Source: Lachnospirales bacterium (GTDB lineage Bacteria > Bacillota > Clostridia > Lachnospirales > CAMZNU01). From it: a DNA stretch of 64,000 bases. The position numbers were made by a program, and so were the translations under genes. The stretch spans positions 5-64,004 of the forward strand of contig JBKEBX010000024.1 of assembly GCA_047973385.1 (NCBI GenBank), read 5' to 3'. The first letter of the stretch is position 1; each line of letters opens with the position of its first letter. This document shows, one piece after another, positions 28,044-36,691 of this stretch. The notes beneath the pieces were generated by a model. The model did no database searches, was not told the DNA's origin, and was given only the letters and a program-made list of their open reading frames with translations.

Positions 28044-28171
28044 AAGTAATATACTCCTTTAATTTACAAATAAGTGGCACGATGCCAAATATCTTAAAAC
28101 TCTAAATAGTAGAAAAGACCATTTTAATGGTCTTTATATCTTAAAACTTTAAGTTAAATTTTTTAAAAAAA

Positions 28172-28309
28172 TTATGCTGTTAAAGATTTTCTACCTCTTT
28201 TACGGCGTCTAGCGATTATACTTCTTCCACTAGCTGTGCTCATTCTTTTTCTAAAACCATGTACTTTACTTCTATGTCTTTTTTTAGGTTGAAATGTTCT
28301 TTTACTCAT
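28172..28309 (-). CDS. rpmH: 50S ribosomal protein L34
   Basis: Below the ORF-track size cutoff. The reverse complement translates to [45 protein letters not shown] (45 aa). AAGGAGGTG RBS upstream. Confidence 0.95.
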   Translation of the reverse strand: MSKRTFQPKKRHRSKVHGFRKRMSTASGRSIIARRRKRGRKSLTA

Positions 28310-28546
28310 TAACTACACCTCCTTGGTCTATATACTATATAATCTCACTTTATGAATAAGTAAAATCATAAAAATTTTAATTTCATAAACGTACCTATAT
28401 ATTTTATTATAAAATGACGGATTTGTCAATATATTATTGTAAATTCCTATAAAAACTTATGTATACCTCTAAAAACTAGCTTTTCATAAAATTTATATAA
28501 AATTTACAAAAATTTTTGAGGATGGAGTTTTCAGAGATTCCCTTAT

Positions 28547-29326
28547 CTATCTATATAACCCAAAATCATTTTTTATAATCAAATATTTTGTTAAGAAAAA
28601 TAATACAATAGCTTCAACAGCATAAAAAGTAAAATTAAAAATACTAGGTTTTATCATAACATCTGATGTTAAAATAAAACTATCTATAAACTCTAGAACA
28701 AAATTAAATGCATTAAAATTTATAATTTTAAAAATAATATAAATACTAAAAAGTCCTAGACAAAAAATTAAACTTGTTTTAGATGAATATCTAAAAACTA
28801 TAAAAGCTACAAACATTCCTAACAATGTATTTACATTTAAAACTAATAAAATGTATAATGTATTTATTAATGAAAAACTTAAAAATAAAGTGTGTACTGC
28901 TGTTAAAACAATAGTTGTAATCACATTCATTATAAAAAATGCTATAAAAATATTTTTCCAAAAACATTTTCTACTTTTACTACATAAAAAATAATCAGTA
29001 CCGAAGTCATAAGAATATACCCACCCTTGTATAAAAGTTACAAATATTGTAACACCAAATATACTCTTATAAAAATTGAAAGTATATTCTTCATTTCCGA
29101 GATAACTTATAGAAATTGTTATTAAATGTATAAAATTTTCTATAGGATTATTTCCTGTTAAAACTTCTCTAAAACTTTCATTTTCTATAAATGTAGCACT
29201 TGAATAAGAACATAAGAAACTTAAAAAAATCAAACCTATAATAGGCATAAAAATATACATAAAAAACAAAGTAATTAACCAGTTTTTATTTATTTCTTTA
29301 ATCGTGTTTTTTAAACTATAAGTCAT
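28547..29326 (-). CDS. Polytopic membrane protein, probable permease partner of the adjacent ABC ATPase
   Basis: 259 aa, at least 6 hydrophobic segments. It overlaps the ATPase gene end by 11 nt, which suggests operon coupling. No family recognised. Confidence 0.5.
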   Translation of the reverse strand: MTYSLKNTIKEINKNWLITLFFMYIFMPIIGLIFLSFLCSYSSATFIENESFREVLTGNNPIENFIHLITISISYLGNEEYTFNFYKSIFGVTIFVTFIQGWVYSYDFGTDYFLCSKSRKCFWKNIFIAFFIMNVITTIVLTAVHTLFLSFSLINTLYILLVLNVNTLLGMFVAFIVFRYSSKTSLIFCLGLFSIYIIFKIINFNAFNFVLEFIDSFILTSDVMIKPSIFNFTFYAVEAIVLFFLTKYLIIKNDFGLYR

Positions 29327-30209
29327 AATTTTCCCCCTTTTTTATTATCTGCATAAAAGTTTCTTGAAGTGATACATTTTCTATCTTGTAAAGTTTTTTA
29401 TTAATTTCAATATTATCAAAATTTTCATTTTTTGTATTTATAACATACAACTTATTTTTTTCAAAACTTATAACATTAAATTTATCTTTTATTGCTTTAA
29501 GGTTTTCTTCTTCTCCCCTTATAACATAAGTATTATTTATAATCTTATCAGCTTCGCACTCATACATTTTCCTACCTTCATGAACAATAACGATATACTC
29601 TAAAATTGGTGAAACTTCTTCAATAAGATGTGTTGATAAAATAATTGTGTTATTTAATTCCTCATATTTTTCAAGTAACAACTTATAAAACAATTCTCTA
29701 TGGTTTACGTCCATACCTGAAACTGGTTCATCAAATAACATAATCTCTGCATTTGATGATAGGTTTAAAATATCTAAAAAAATAGTTTTATAACCAGAAG
29801 ATAAAGTGTTAAACCTTTTATTAACATCAACACCAAAAGTATCTATAAGCTTATTACAATATTCTATATCAAAATCTTTACGAATTCTTAAAATTCTTTC
29901 AATTATTTTTTTTAATTTTGTTTCATTTAGTCCGATTATCTTTTCCGTAGAATAAAAAAGTTTTTCAAGTACATCATCGTTTTCATAAACCGATTTTCCA
30001 TTATAAAATATTTCACCATTATTAGCATATTTACGATTTGCAAATATATCTAAAAAAGTTGTTTTACCTGCACTATTTCTGCCCATTAAACCGTTTATAG
30101 CATTTTTCTTAAAATTAGCATTAAAATCATCTAATGCCTTTGTATTACCAAAAGATTTACTTAAATTTTTGACTTCAATATAATCAAAATCATTGTTTAA
30201 ATTATTCAT
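29316..30209 (-). CDS. ABC transporter ATP-binding protein
   Basis: Walker A GRNSAGKTT, signature LSSGYKT, Walker B MLFDEP. The likely start is the ATG at 30209 inside ...TTTAATGAATAA of the gntR stop, preceded by GAGGAAGGTGAG. The ORF track gives 30227. Confidence 0.85.
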   Translation of the reverse strand: MNNLNNDFDYIEVKNLSKSFGNTKALDDFNANFKKNAINGLMGRNSAGKTTFLDIFANRKYANNGEIFYNGKSVYENDDVLEKLFYSTEKIIGLNETKLKKIIERILRIRKDFDIEYCNKLIDTFGVDVNKRFNTLSSGYKTIFLDILNLSSNAEIMLFDEPVSGMDVNHRELFYKLLLEKYEELNNTIILSTHLIEEVSPILEYIVIVHEGRKMYECEADKIINNTYVIRGEEENLKAIKDKFNVISFEKNKLYVINTKNENFDNIEINKKLYKIENVSLQETFMQIIKKGENYDL

Positions 30210-30570
30210 TAAACTCACCTTCCTCAATAAATTTGATAAGTGTTTCTTTATCTACTTCAATTTTTTCAGCTTCTTCAACTAATTCTTTAACTTTTTTTTC
30301 AAAAAAATCTTTTTGTCTGTTTTTTATTATTTTTTCCCTTGCACCCTTTGATACAAACATACCTATACCTCTTTGTTTATATAAAATTCCTTCATCTACT
30401 AAAATAGTAAATCCTTTTCTTGCTGTTGCTGGGTTTATTTTGTATTCTACTGAAAATTCTGTTGTTGATGGTATCTTTTCTTCTTCTTTGTATACATAAA
30501 TAAGTATATTATCTTTTATATATTCTGCAACTTGTATAAATATTGGATATTCATTATTTATATTCAACAA
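30202..30570 (-). CDS. GntR-family transcriptional regulator, YtrA subfamily
   Basis: 122 aa. N-terminal wHTH (LPS..EFSVEYKINPATARKGF..L..EGILY..RG.G.FV) with a short C-terminal helix, typical of the YtrA type. First gene of a GntR-ABC-permease operon. Confidence 0.85.
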   Translation of the reverse strand: MLNINNEYPIFIQVAEYIKDNILIYVYKEEEKIPSTTEFSVEYKINPATARKGFTILVDEGILYKQRGIGMFVSKGAREKIIKNRQKDFFEKKVKELVEEAEKIEVDKETLIKFIEEGEFNE

Positions 30571-31691
30571 AAACCCTCCTTCGTTAGTTTAACAGTTAGT
30601 TACTCAAGTAATTAACTAAATAATATCATAAAAACTAATTGTTGTCAATATCTAAATTTAAGGGAATATCTAAAAACTTGATTTTAAAAAAATTTTAGAT
30701 ATTCCTTTGTAAAGTTTTCCACAGATTTTTTTACAATAATAACTTTTTTTCAAGTAAAATGTTAAAAATTATATAGTAAAATAAAGTTTATGTATTTTTT
30801 GTTAAATTTCTATTAAGATTTTTTGTTAAACTACACTTTTCAACAAAAAATAATCCTTTAAAATCATAGTTATTAACAAAGTTACTAACATTGTGTTAAT
30901 AACTTTGTATTTCTCATATTATAGCCATTTAGTAGAGTTTTAAAAAGATTTGTGTATAAATATTGATTTTTATAAAAAAACCTTTATTATAGCCATTTTT
31001 TCTTGTGATAACTTGTTTATAACTTTTTAATTTAAAAATAAGTTATTATTGTTGTTGATAACTATATTTTAAACATTTTTATTTATATTGATATACCTAA
31101 AATATTAAATATATATTTTTTCAACAAAAAGTTATAAACATCTTTGTTAATATTTTTAATGTTTAAAACTATTAGTTTTTTAGCTATAAAATCATAAAAA
31201 ATCTGATGTTTGTGCATAAAATTCACTTGTTAACATAGTCATTTGAAAGTTTTACACAGGACTTTACCTTATTATGAGTATATTATATATATAAATTGTT
31301 AATAAATATTTTCCACAGGAGTTTTTTTTTTAGATTTTTAAAAATAGCCTGTCTATTAATATATTAATATTTTTTATTTATTTTATATTATTTATATATT
31401 TATTATTAATAATTAATTATAAGATAAAAATATAAATTGGTGGAAGAAATATATAAAAAACTATTTACAATATGGCGAAAAACATTTAAAATATATATAG
31501 AGTTAATTGTAAGAAAATATAATTTCTTGTAATAATTAAATATAGTTAAGTAAATTAATATAAATTATCATAAATTTTTATTGTAATAAAATGTTAAAAA
31601 TTTAATAAAAGACAATATAATTTATGATGTTTTTTTTAATATATATTTTAATAATATTTTTCATTTATAAATTTAAAATAATATTTTAATA
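30571..31691. other. Chromosomal replication origin region (oriC): DnaA-box cluster plus AT-rich unwinding region
   Basis: Forward boxes: TTTTCCACA at 30715-30723 and 31309-31317, TTTTACACA at 31250-31258, TTATAAACA at 31132. Reverse boxes: TGTTAATAA at 30894 and 31297, TGTGTATAA at 30951, TGTTTATAA at 31014, TGTTGATAA at 31054, TGTGCATAA at 31211. The region lies between the minus-strand rpmH block and plus-strand dnaA, where gene orientation switches. Confidence 0.8.
31321..31691. other. Extreme-AT tract, candidate DNA unwinding element
   Basis: About 370 bp almost devoid of G/C (e.g. TATTAATATATTAATATTTTTTATTTATTTTATATTATTTATATATTTATTATTAATAATTAATTATAAG), immediately right of the last TTTTCCACA box and abutting dnaA. 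Confidence 0.55.
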
Positions 31692-32903
31692 TTGTATACT
31701 GAAAAAAACAAAGACAAAGATTTTATAATGCATAGAAAAAAAGATATTGTTTTAGATACAATTAAATCTATAAATCCTGTTATTCTTGATTTTAAGATAA
31801 ATACAGTTTTAGACGATAGTTTAAATGATAAAAATTCAATAAATAATACACAATTTATAGATATTGATAAAGCTAAAAGTATGGCAAACTTGCAACCTAG
31901 ATATACTTTTGAAAATTTTGTAAAAGGTGATTGTAATGATTATGCTTTTAATATTTCAAAAGTTGTAGCAAAAGAACCTGGTCAAATAGATACAAATCCT
32001 TTGTTTTTTTATGGTGGAGTTGGTCTTGGTAAAACCCATCTTATGCAATCTATTGGTAATAGAGTTTTAGAAAATAGTGTTACAAAAAAAGTTTTATATA
32101 CTTCTTTTGATACTTTTTTTAATGAATATACTGATTCACTTAGTTATAAAGATAGTGCTGTTTTTAGACAAAAATATAGTGAACTTAATATTTTACTTAT
32201 TGATGATATACAGTTTATTGCTAAAAAAGAAAAAGCTCAAGATGAACTTTTTCATATATTTGAGTTTTTAAGAAACAGTAATGTACAAATTGTGTTTACA
32301 TCAGATAGACCACCTAAGGAAATCGAAAATCTTACTGATAGACTTTCTTCAAGATTTTCTAACTGTATGATTGATATTACTAAACCTGACCTTGAAACTA
32401 GAATAGCTATTATTAAAAATAAGGCATCTATTAAAAATGTGCATTTTGAAAACGATATAGTTAATTATATCGCTCAAAATATTAATACTAATGTACGTGA
32501 ACTTGAAGCTGCTTTTAATAAAGTTGTCCAATTTGAAAAATTTTCAGGTAAAAAAGTTGATTTAGACATTGTAAAAGAGATTTTAACACCTTATATTCAA
32601 GGTGAAAATAGAAAAGCTATTACTGTTGAATTTATTATTGATGTTACTTCAAAATATTATAATGTTAGTGTTTCTGATATTTTAGGTAAAACAAGAAAGG
32701 CTGATATTGTTTATCCAAGACAAATGGCAATGTATTTATCTAGAAAACTTACTGATAAATCTTTACCACTTATTGGCGAAAAATTTAATCGTGATCATAC
32801 TACTGTTTTATCTTCAATAAATCGTATTGACGAGTATATTAGAAATAAAACTGGAACAACACAAGAAATAACTGACCTTGAAAATAATATTAGAGTAAAT
32901 TAA
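31692..32903 (+). CDS. dnaA: Chromosomal replication initiator protein DnaA (short, atypical N-terminus)
   Basis: PRYTFENFV, Walker A GGVGLGKTHL, Walker B LLIDDIQF, VRELEAAF, and domain IV (YPRQMAMYL...DHTTV). The start is uncertain: TTG 31692 (ORF track) or ATG 31728, neither with a clear SD. Confidence 0.95.
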   Translation: MYTEKNKDKDFIMHRKKDIVLDTIKSINPVILDFKINTVLDDSLNDKNSINNTQFIDIDKAKSMANLQPRYTFENFVKGDCNDYAFNISKVVAKEPGQIDTNPLFFYGGVGLGKTHLMQSIGNRVLENSVTKKVLYTSFDTFFNEYTDSLSYKDSAVFRQKYSELNILLIDDIQFIAKKEKAQDELFHIFEFLRNSNVQIVFTSDRPPKEIENLTDRLSSRFSNCMIDITKPDLETRIAIIKNKASIKNVHFENDIVNYIAQNINTNVRELEAAFNKVVQFEKFSGKKVDLDIVKEILTPYIQGENRKAITVEFIIDVTSKYYNVSVSDILGKTRKADIVYPRQMAMYLSRKLTDKSLPLIGEKFNRDHTTVLSSINRIDEYIRNKTGTTQEITDLENNIRVN

Positions 32904-32913
32904 GGGGTAAAAA

Positions 32914-34011
32914 ATGAAAATACAAATAGATAGAGATTTATTACAAAATAATATTAATCTTGTTATGAAAGCCGTTGCTTCTAAAGGCTCAATGCCTATT
33001 TTAGAATATATTTTGTTAACAGCAAATAGTAGTGGTTTAAAACTTTTAGGTAACGATTTGAAAATTGCCATTGAAACAAATTATATTGATTGCCAAATTG
33101 ATGAAATGGGTATAATTGCTTTAGAAGCTAAGTTTTTCTTTGAAGCTATTAGAAAATTACCTAGTGGTGTATTAAGTTTAGAGAGTGACGATAATAATGT
33201 GACTTTAAAGTCTGGTAAAGCTAAAATTACTTTTAAAGGCTTAAAAGGTGATGACTTTCCAAGTATTCAAGAAGTTGAAGAACAAAATAAACTAAATCTT
33301 AATATTAAAGAATTTACGCAGATTATAAGTAAAACTAAATTTGCAGTTTCAAAAGACGATAGCAAAGCTATTTTAACTGGTGAACTTTTTGAAGTTGCTG
33401 ATAATAAACTTAAAGTTGTGGCTATTGATGGTTTTAGAATTTCTTATGGTGAAAAATCAGTTGATGATGATAGAGAATTTAGTGTTATTATACCAATTAA
33501 GGCTTTAGAAGATGTTGTTAAAATTTTAAGTTCTTCATCAAATGACGAATTTGATATGATTTTTAGTGATAATTTTGTAAAATTTGTTACAGAAGATTGT
33601 ATCATTGTATCTCGCTTAATTTCAGGTGATTTTATAAAATATAACCAACTTTTCATTGAAGATTATAAAACTAAAATTACTTGTAATAGATCAGATTTAA
33701 AAGATTCTCTTGAAAGAACTTTACTTGTTTCTACTGATTCTAAACGTGTACCTGTAAAGTTTGAAATTAATGAAAATGTTACTATTATTACTTCAAATAC
33801 TGAAAATGGTAATTCATATGAAGAAATTCCTATTGTTTTTGAAGGTGAAGATATTACAATTGGATTTAATCCTAAATTTATTATCGATGTTTTAAATGCA
33901 ATAGAATGTGAAGAAGTTTCTTTAACTTTTACAAATAACTTATCACCTTGTATTATACGAGGTATAAGTAATGATGAGTATAAATATATAGTTTTACCTC
34001 TTAGAATATAA
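32914..34011 (+). CDS. dnaN: DNA polymerase III beta subunit (sliding clamp)
   Basis: 365 aa, MKIQIDRDLL...PILEYILL..., three-domain length. It starts 10 nt after the dnaA stop. Confidence 0.95.
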   Translation: MKIQIDRDLLQNNINLVMKAVASKGSMPILEYILLTANSSGLKLLGNDLKIAIETNYIDCQIDEMGIIALEAKFFFEAIRKLPSGVLSLESDDNNVTLKSGKAKITFKGLKGDDFPSIQEVEEQNKLNLNIKEFTQIISKTKFAVSKDDSKAILTGELFEVADNKLKVVAIDGFRISYGEKSVDDDREFSVIIPIKALEDVVKILSSSSNDEFDMIFSDNFVKFVTEDCIIVSRLISGDFIKYNQLFIEDYKTKITCNRSDLKDSLERTLLVSTDSKRVPVKFEINENVTIITSNTENGNSYEEIPIVFEGEDITIGFNPKFIIDVLNAIECEEVSLTFTNNLSPCIIRGISNDEYKYIVLPLRI

Positions 34012-34033
34012 TAATAAAGGTGGATAAAAAAAT

Positions 34034-34240
34034 ATGGATATTAAAATATCAACAGAATTTATAAAACTTCAACAACTTTTAAAACTAGCTAATATTTTAG
34101 ACAGTGGTTCTGATATAAAATACTATCTTGAACAATCTATTGTATCAGTAAATGGTGAAACTGCAACTCAACGTGGTAAAAAGATTTATCCTGGCGATGT
34201 TGTGGAAGTGGAAGGATTTGAACAAATAATTGTTTGTTAA
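34034..34240 (+). CDS. yaaA: S4-domain RNA-binding protein YaaA
   Basis: 68 aa. IKLQQLLKLANILDSGSDIKYYLEQSIVSVNGE..TQRGKKIYPGDVV. Conserved position between dnaN and recF. Confidence 0.85.
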   Translation: MDIKISTEFIKLQQLLKLANILDSGSDIKYYLEQSIVSVNGETATQRGKKIYPGDVVEVEGFEQIIVC

Positions 34241-35318
34241 AAAATTGTATCTTAATAATTTTAGAAATTTACAAAATCTTGATATAGAATTATCCCAAAA
34301 TGTTAATATTTTCATGGGTGATAATGGTCAAGGTAAAACAAATGTACTTGAAAGTATATATGTTTCTTCAATTGGTAAAAGTTTTAGAACTTTTTCTGAT
34401 AAGGAGCTAGTAAACTTTAATATGGATTTTACTTTTGGTAGCGTGGATATTTATGATGATAATTCCTATGACAAGATAGATTTTTATATTGATAAAATAG
34501 GTAAAAAAAGATTTTCTTTAAATAAATGTCATATAAAAAAAAACGGTGACCTTTTAGGTAATTTATATACTATTACTTTTACTCCAAAAGATTTAAACAT
34601 TATAAAACTTGGACCATCTGAACGAAGAAATTTTATTAATACTGAACTTTGTCAAATTTCTAATATTTATTTAAATAATTTAAAACAATATAATATTATA
34701 CTTAAACAAAGAAATAATTTACTTAAACAAATTCAAAAAAATAGTAAACTTGAAGACCAGCTTTTTATGTGGGATTCTCAACTTATTGAGTTTGGAAAAA
34801 AGATTTTTGAAAGTCGTAAAAAATTTATTGATAGTATAAACGTATATGCTGTTGATTTACATAATAAAATTACAGATAATAAGGAATCTTTAAATATAAT
34901 TTATAAATTTAATGTTAATTCTGATGAGTTTGAAGAAAAACTTGATAAGTCAAGAAAAAAAGATATTTTCACAGGTTCTACAAATGTCGGTATACACAAA
35001 GACGATATTGTTTTTTTAGTTGATGACAAAGATGTTAGAGTTTTTGGAAGCCAAGGACAACAAAGAACTGTTGCACTTGCTATAAAACTTGCAGAAATAT
35101 ATTTAATAAAAAAAATTAAAAATAAGAAACCTGTTCTTTTACTTGATGATATATTGTCTGAACTTGATAAAAAAAGACAAAATTTTTTACTTGAAGAAAT
35201 TGATGATTTGCAAGTTATTTTAACTTGTACGGGTGTTGAAGATTTTGTTAATTTTTTTAAAGATAAAGAGAACACTAAAATTTTTAAAGTTAATGAGGGT
35301 AATGTTATTGATATATAG
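34230..35318 (+). CDS. recF: DNA replication and repair protein RecF
   Basis: 362 aa. L.L.NFRN, Walker A GDNGQGKTNVLES, signature GSQGQQRT, Walker B LLLDDILSELD. Confidence 0.93.
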   Translation: MFVKKLYLNNFRNLQNLDIELSQNVNIFMGDNGQGKTNVLESIYVSSIGKSFRTFSDKELVNFNMDFTFGSVDIYDDNSYDKIDFYIDKIGKKRFSLNKCHIKKNGDLLGNLYTITFTPKDLNIIKLGPSERRNFINTELCQISNIYLNNLKQYNIILKQRNNLLKQIQKNSKLEDQLFMWDSQLIEFGKKIFESRKKFIDSINVYAVDLHNKITDNKESLNIIYKFNVNSDEFEEKLDKSRKKDIFTGSTNVGIHKDDIVFLVDDKDVRVFGSQGQQRTVALAIKLAEIYLIKKIKNKKPVLLLDDILSELDKKRQNFLLEEIDDLQVILTCTGVEDFVNFFKDKENTKIFKVNEGNVIDI

Positions 35319-35473
35319 TTACTGTATGTAATATGCTTATTTTCTTTAAAAACCTATTTAATTCTTCGTTTATATATTTTTTAATAGAAACTATTGATTA
35401 AAAAGTTTTATTGATATTTAGATAGTTTTTTTATTAAATTTATTAAATGTAAATATATGGTTATTTTAAAATT

Positions 35474-35516
35474 CTAAGACATTTAATAACGTTACTAAAT
35501 GTCTTGGATTTTTTTT
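35474..35516 (+). terminator. Rho-independent terminator after recF
   Basis: CTAAGACATTTA-ATAACGTTAC-TAAATGTCTTGG followed by ATTTTTTTT. Confidence 0.8.
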
Positions 35517-35558
35517 ATTGTATTATATGGTTATTTACTATTTTTTTATTTTAATTTA

Positions 35559-35812
35559 TATGGTATAATATACTAAAGTCCTAGCTACCAAAAGACAGCT
35601 ACGACTTAAGAATATTGTAATTTCCTTTGGAAATTACTTTATGGTATAATAAACTAAAGTCCTAGCTACCAAAAGACAGCTACGACTTAAGAATAGAGTA
35701 ATTTCCAAAGGAAATTACTCTATGGTATAATAAACTAAAGTCTTAGCTACCAAAAGATAGCTACGACTTAAGAATATTGTAATTTCCTTTGGAAATTACT
35801 CTATGGTATAAT
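35559..35812. repeat. Tandem array D of the 81-bp double-hairpin repeat (3 units plus a terminal -10 box), inverted relative to arrays A and C
   Basis: TATGGTATAAT at 35559, 35640, 35721 and 35802 (period exactly 81). Each unit is TGGTATAAT + TAGCTACC-AAAA-GACAGCTA + GTAATTTCC-(TTT/AAA)-GGAAATTAC. The last -10-like box lies 95 bp upstream of the soj GTG. Confidence 0.9.
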
Positions 35813-35906
35813 ATAATTAAATGTTTTTTATTTTTTATAAATGATTTTATCAACTTTAATATTTATAAAAAAAGTTTTAAAGTGAAAATGAAAGGAGTAT
35901 TTCCTT

Positions 35907-36689
35907 GTGAGTAAAGTTATTGTTGTTGCAAATCAAAAGGGTGGAGTTGGTAAAACTACAACTGCCGTAAATTTAGCATCTGAACTTGCTACTTTAGGTA
36001 AAAAAGTTTTAGCAGTGGATTGTGACCCTCAAGGTAATTTAACAAGTGGTTTTGGTATTGATAAATATAATTTAGAATACACTTTGTATGATGTTTTACT
36101 TGGAGGTTGTAATGTTTCTGATGCACTTATAAAGCATGATATTGAAAATTTATGGGTGTTTCCATCTAATGTAGATTTAGCAGGTGCTGAAATTGAACTT
36201 ATATCTATTGATAAAAGAGAATATTTGTTAAAAATCATAATTAACAATTTGAAAGATTTATATGACTATATTATTATTGATTGTCCACCTTCGTTAAACA
36301 TTTTAACTTTAAATGCTTTTTGTGTAGCTGATTCTGTACTTATACCAGTACAATGCGAATATTATGCTCTTGAGGGTTTATCTCAACTTATGAGTACGAT
36401 TAAATTAGTTCGTAAAAATCTAAATAAGGATTTACTAATTGAAGGAATATTGTTTACAATGTTTGATAGAAGAACTAATTTATCAATTGAAGTTATTGAT
36501 GAAGTTAAAAATTTCTTTAAAGGATATATTTTTAGTACATTTATTCCTAGAAATGTTAGACTTTCTGAAGCTCCAAGCCATGGTATTCCGATTAATCTTT
36601 ATGACGCAAAATCTAAAGGAGCAGAAGCCTACAAAGATTTAGCTATTGAGTTAGTTGAAAAAAATATTAATAGGGAAGATGAGGTGTAA
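35907..36689 (+). CDS. soj: Chromosome partitioning ATPase ParA/Soj
   Basis: 260 aa. Deviant Walker [12 protein letters not shown] and DCPPS. GTG start after AAAGGAG. Confidence 0.93.
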   Translation: MSKVIVVANQKGGVGKTTTAVNLASELATLGKKVLAVDCDPQGNLTSGFGIDKYNLEYTLYDVLLGGCNVSDALIKHDIENLWVFPSNVDLAGAEIELISIDKREYLLKIIINNLKDLYDYIIIDCPPSLNILTLNAFCVADSVLIPVQCEYYALEGLSQLMSTIKLVRKNLNKDLLIEGILFTMFDRRTNLSIEVIDEVKNFFKGYIFSTFIPRNVRLSEAPSHGIPINLYDAKSKGAEAYKDLAIELVEKNINREDEV

Positions 36690-36691
36690 TT

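Noticed and set aside
28113-28135. Hairpin AAAGACCATT-TTAA-TGGTCTTT between rpmH and rnpA as a terminator or attenuator.
   Set aside because: On the minus (coding) strand it is followed by only a weak T-tract, and rpmH-rnpA are normally co-transcribed, so I left it uncalled.
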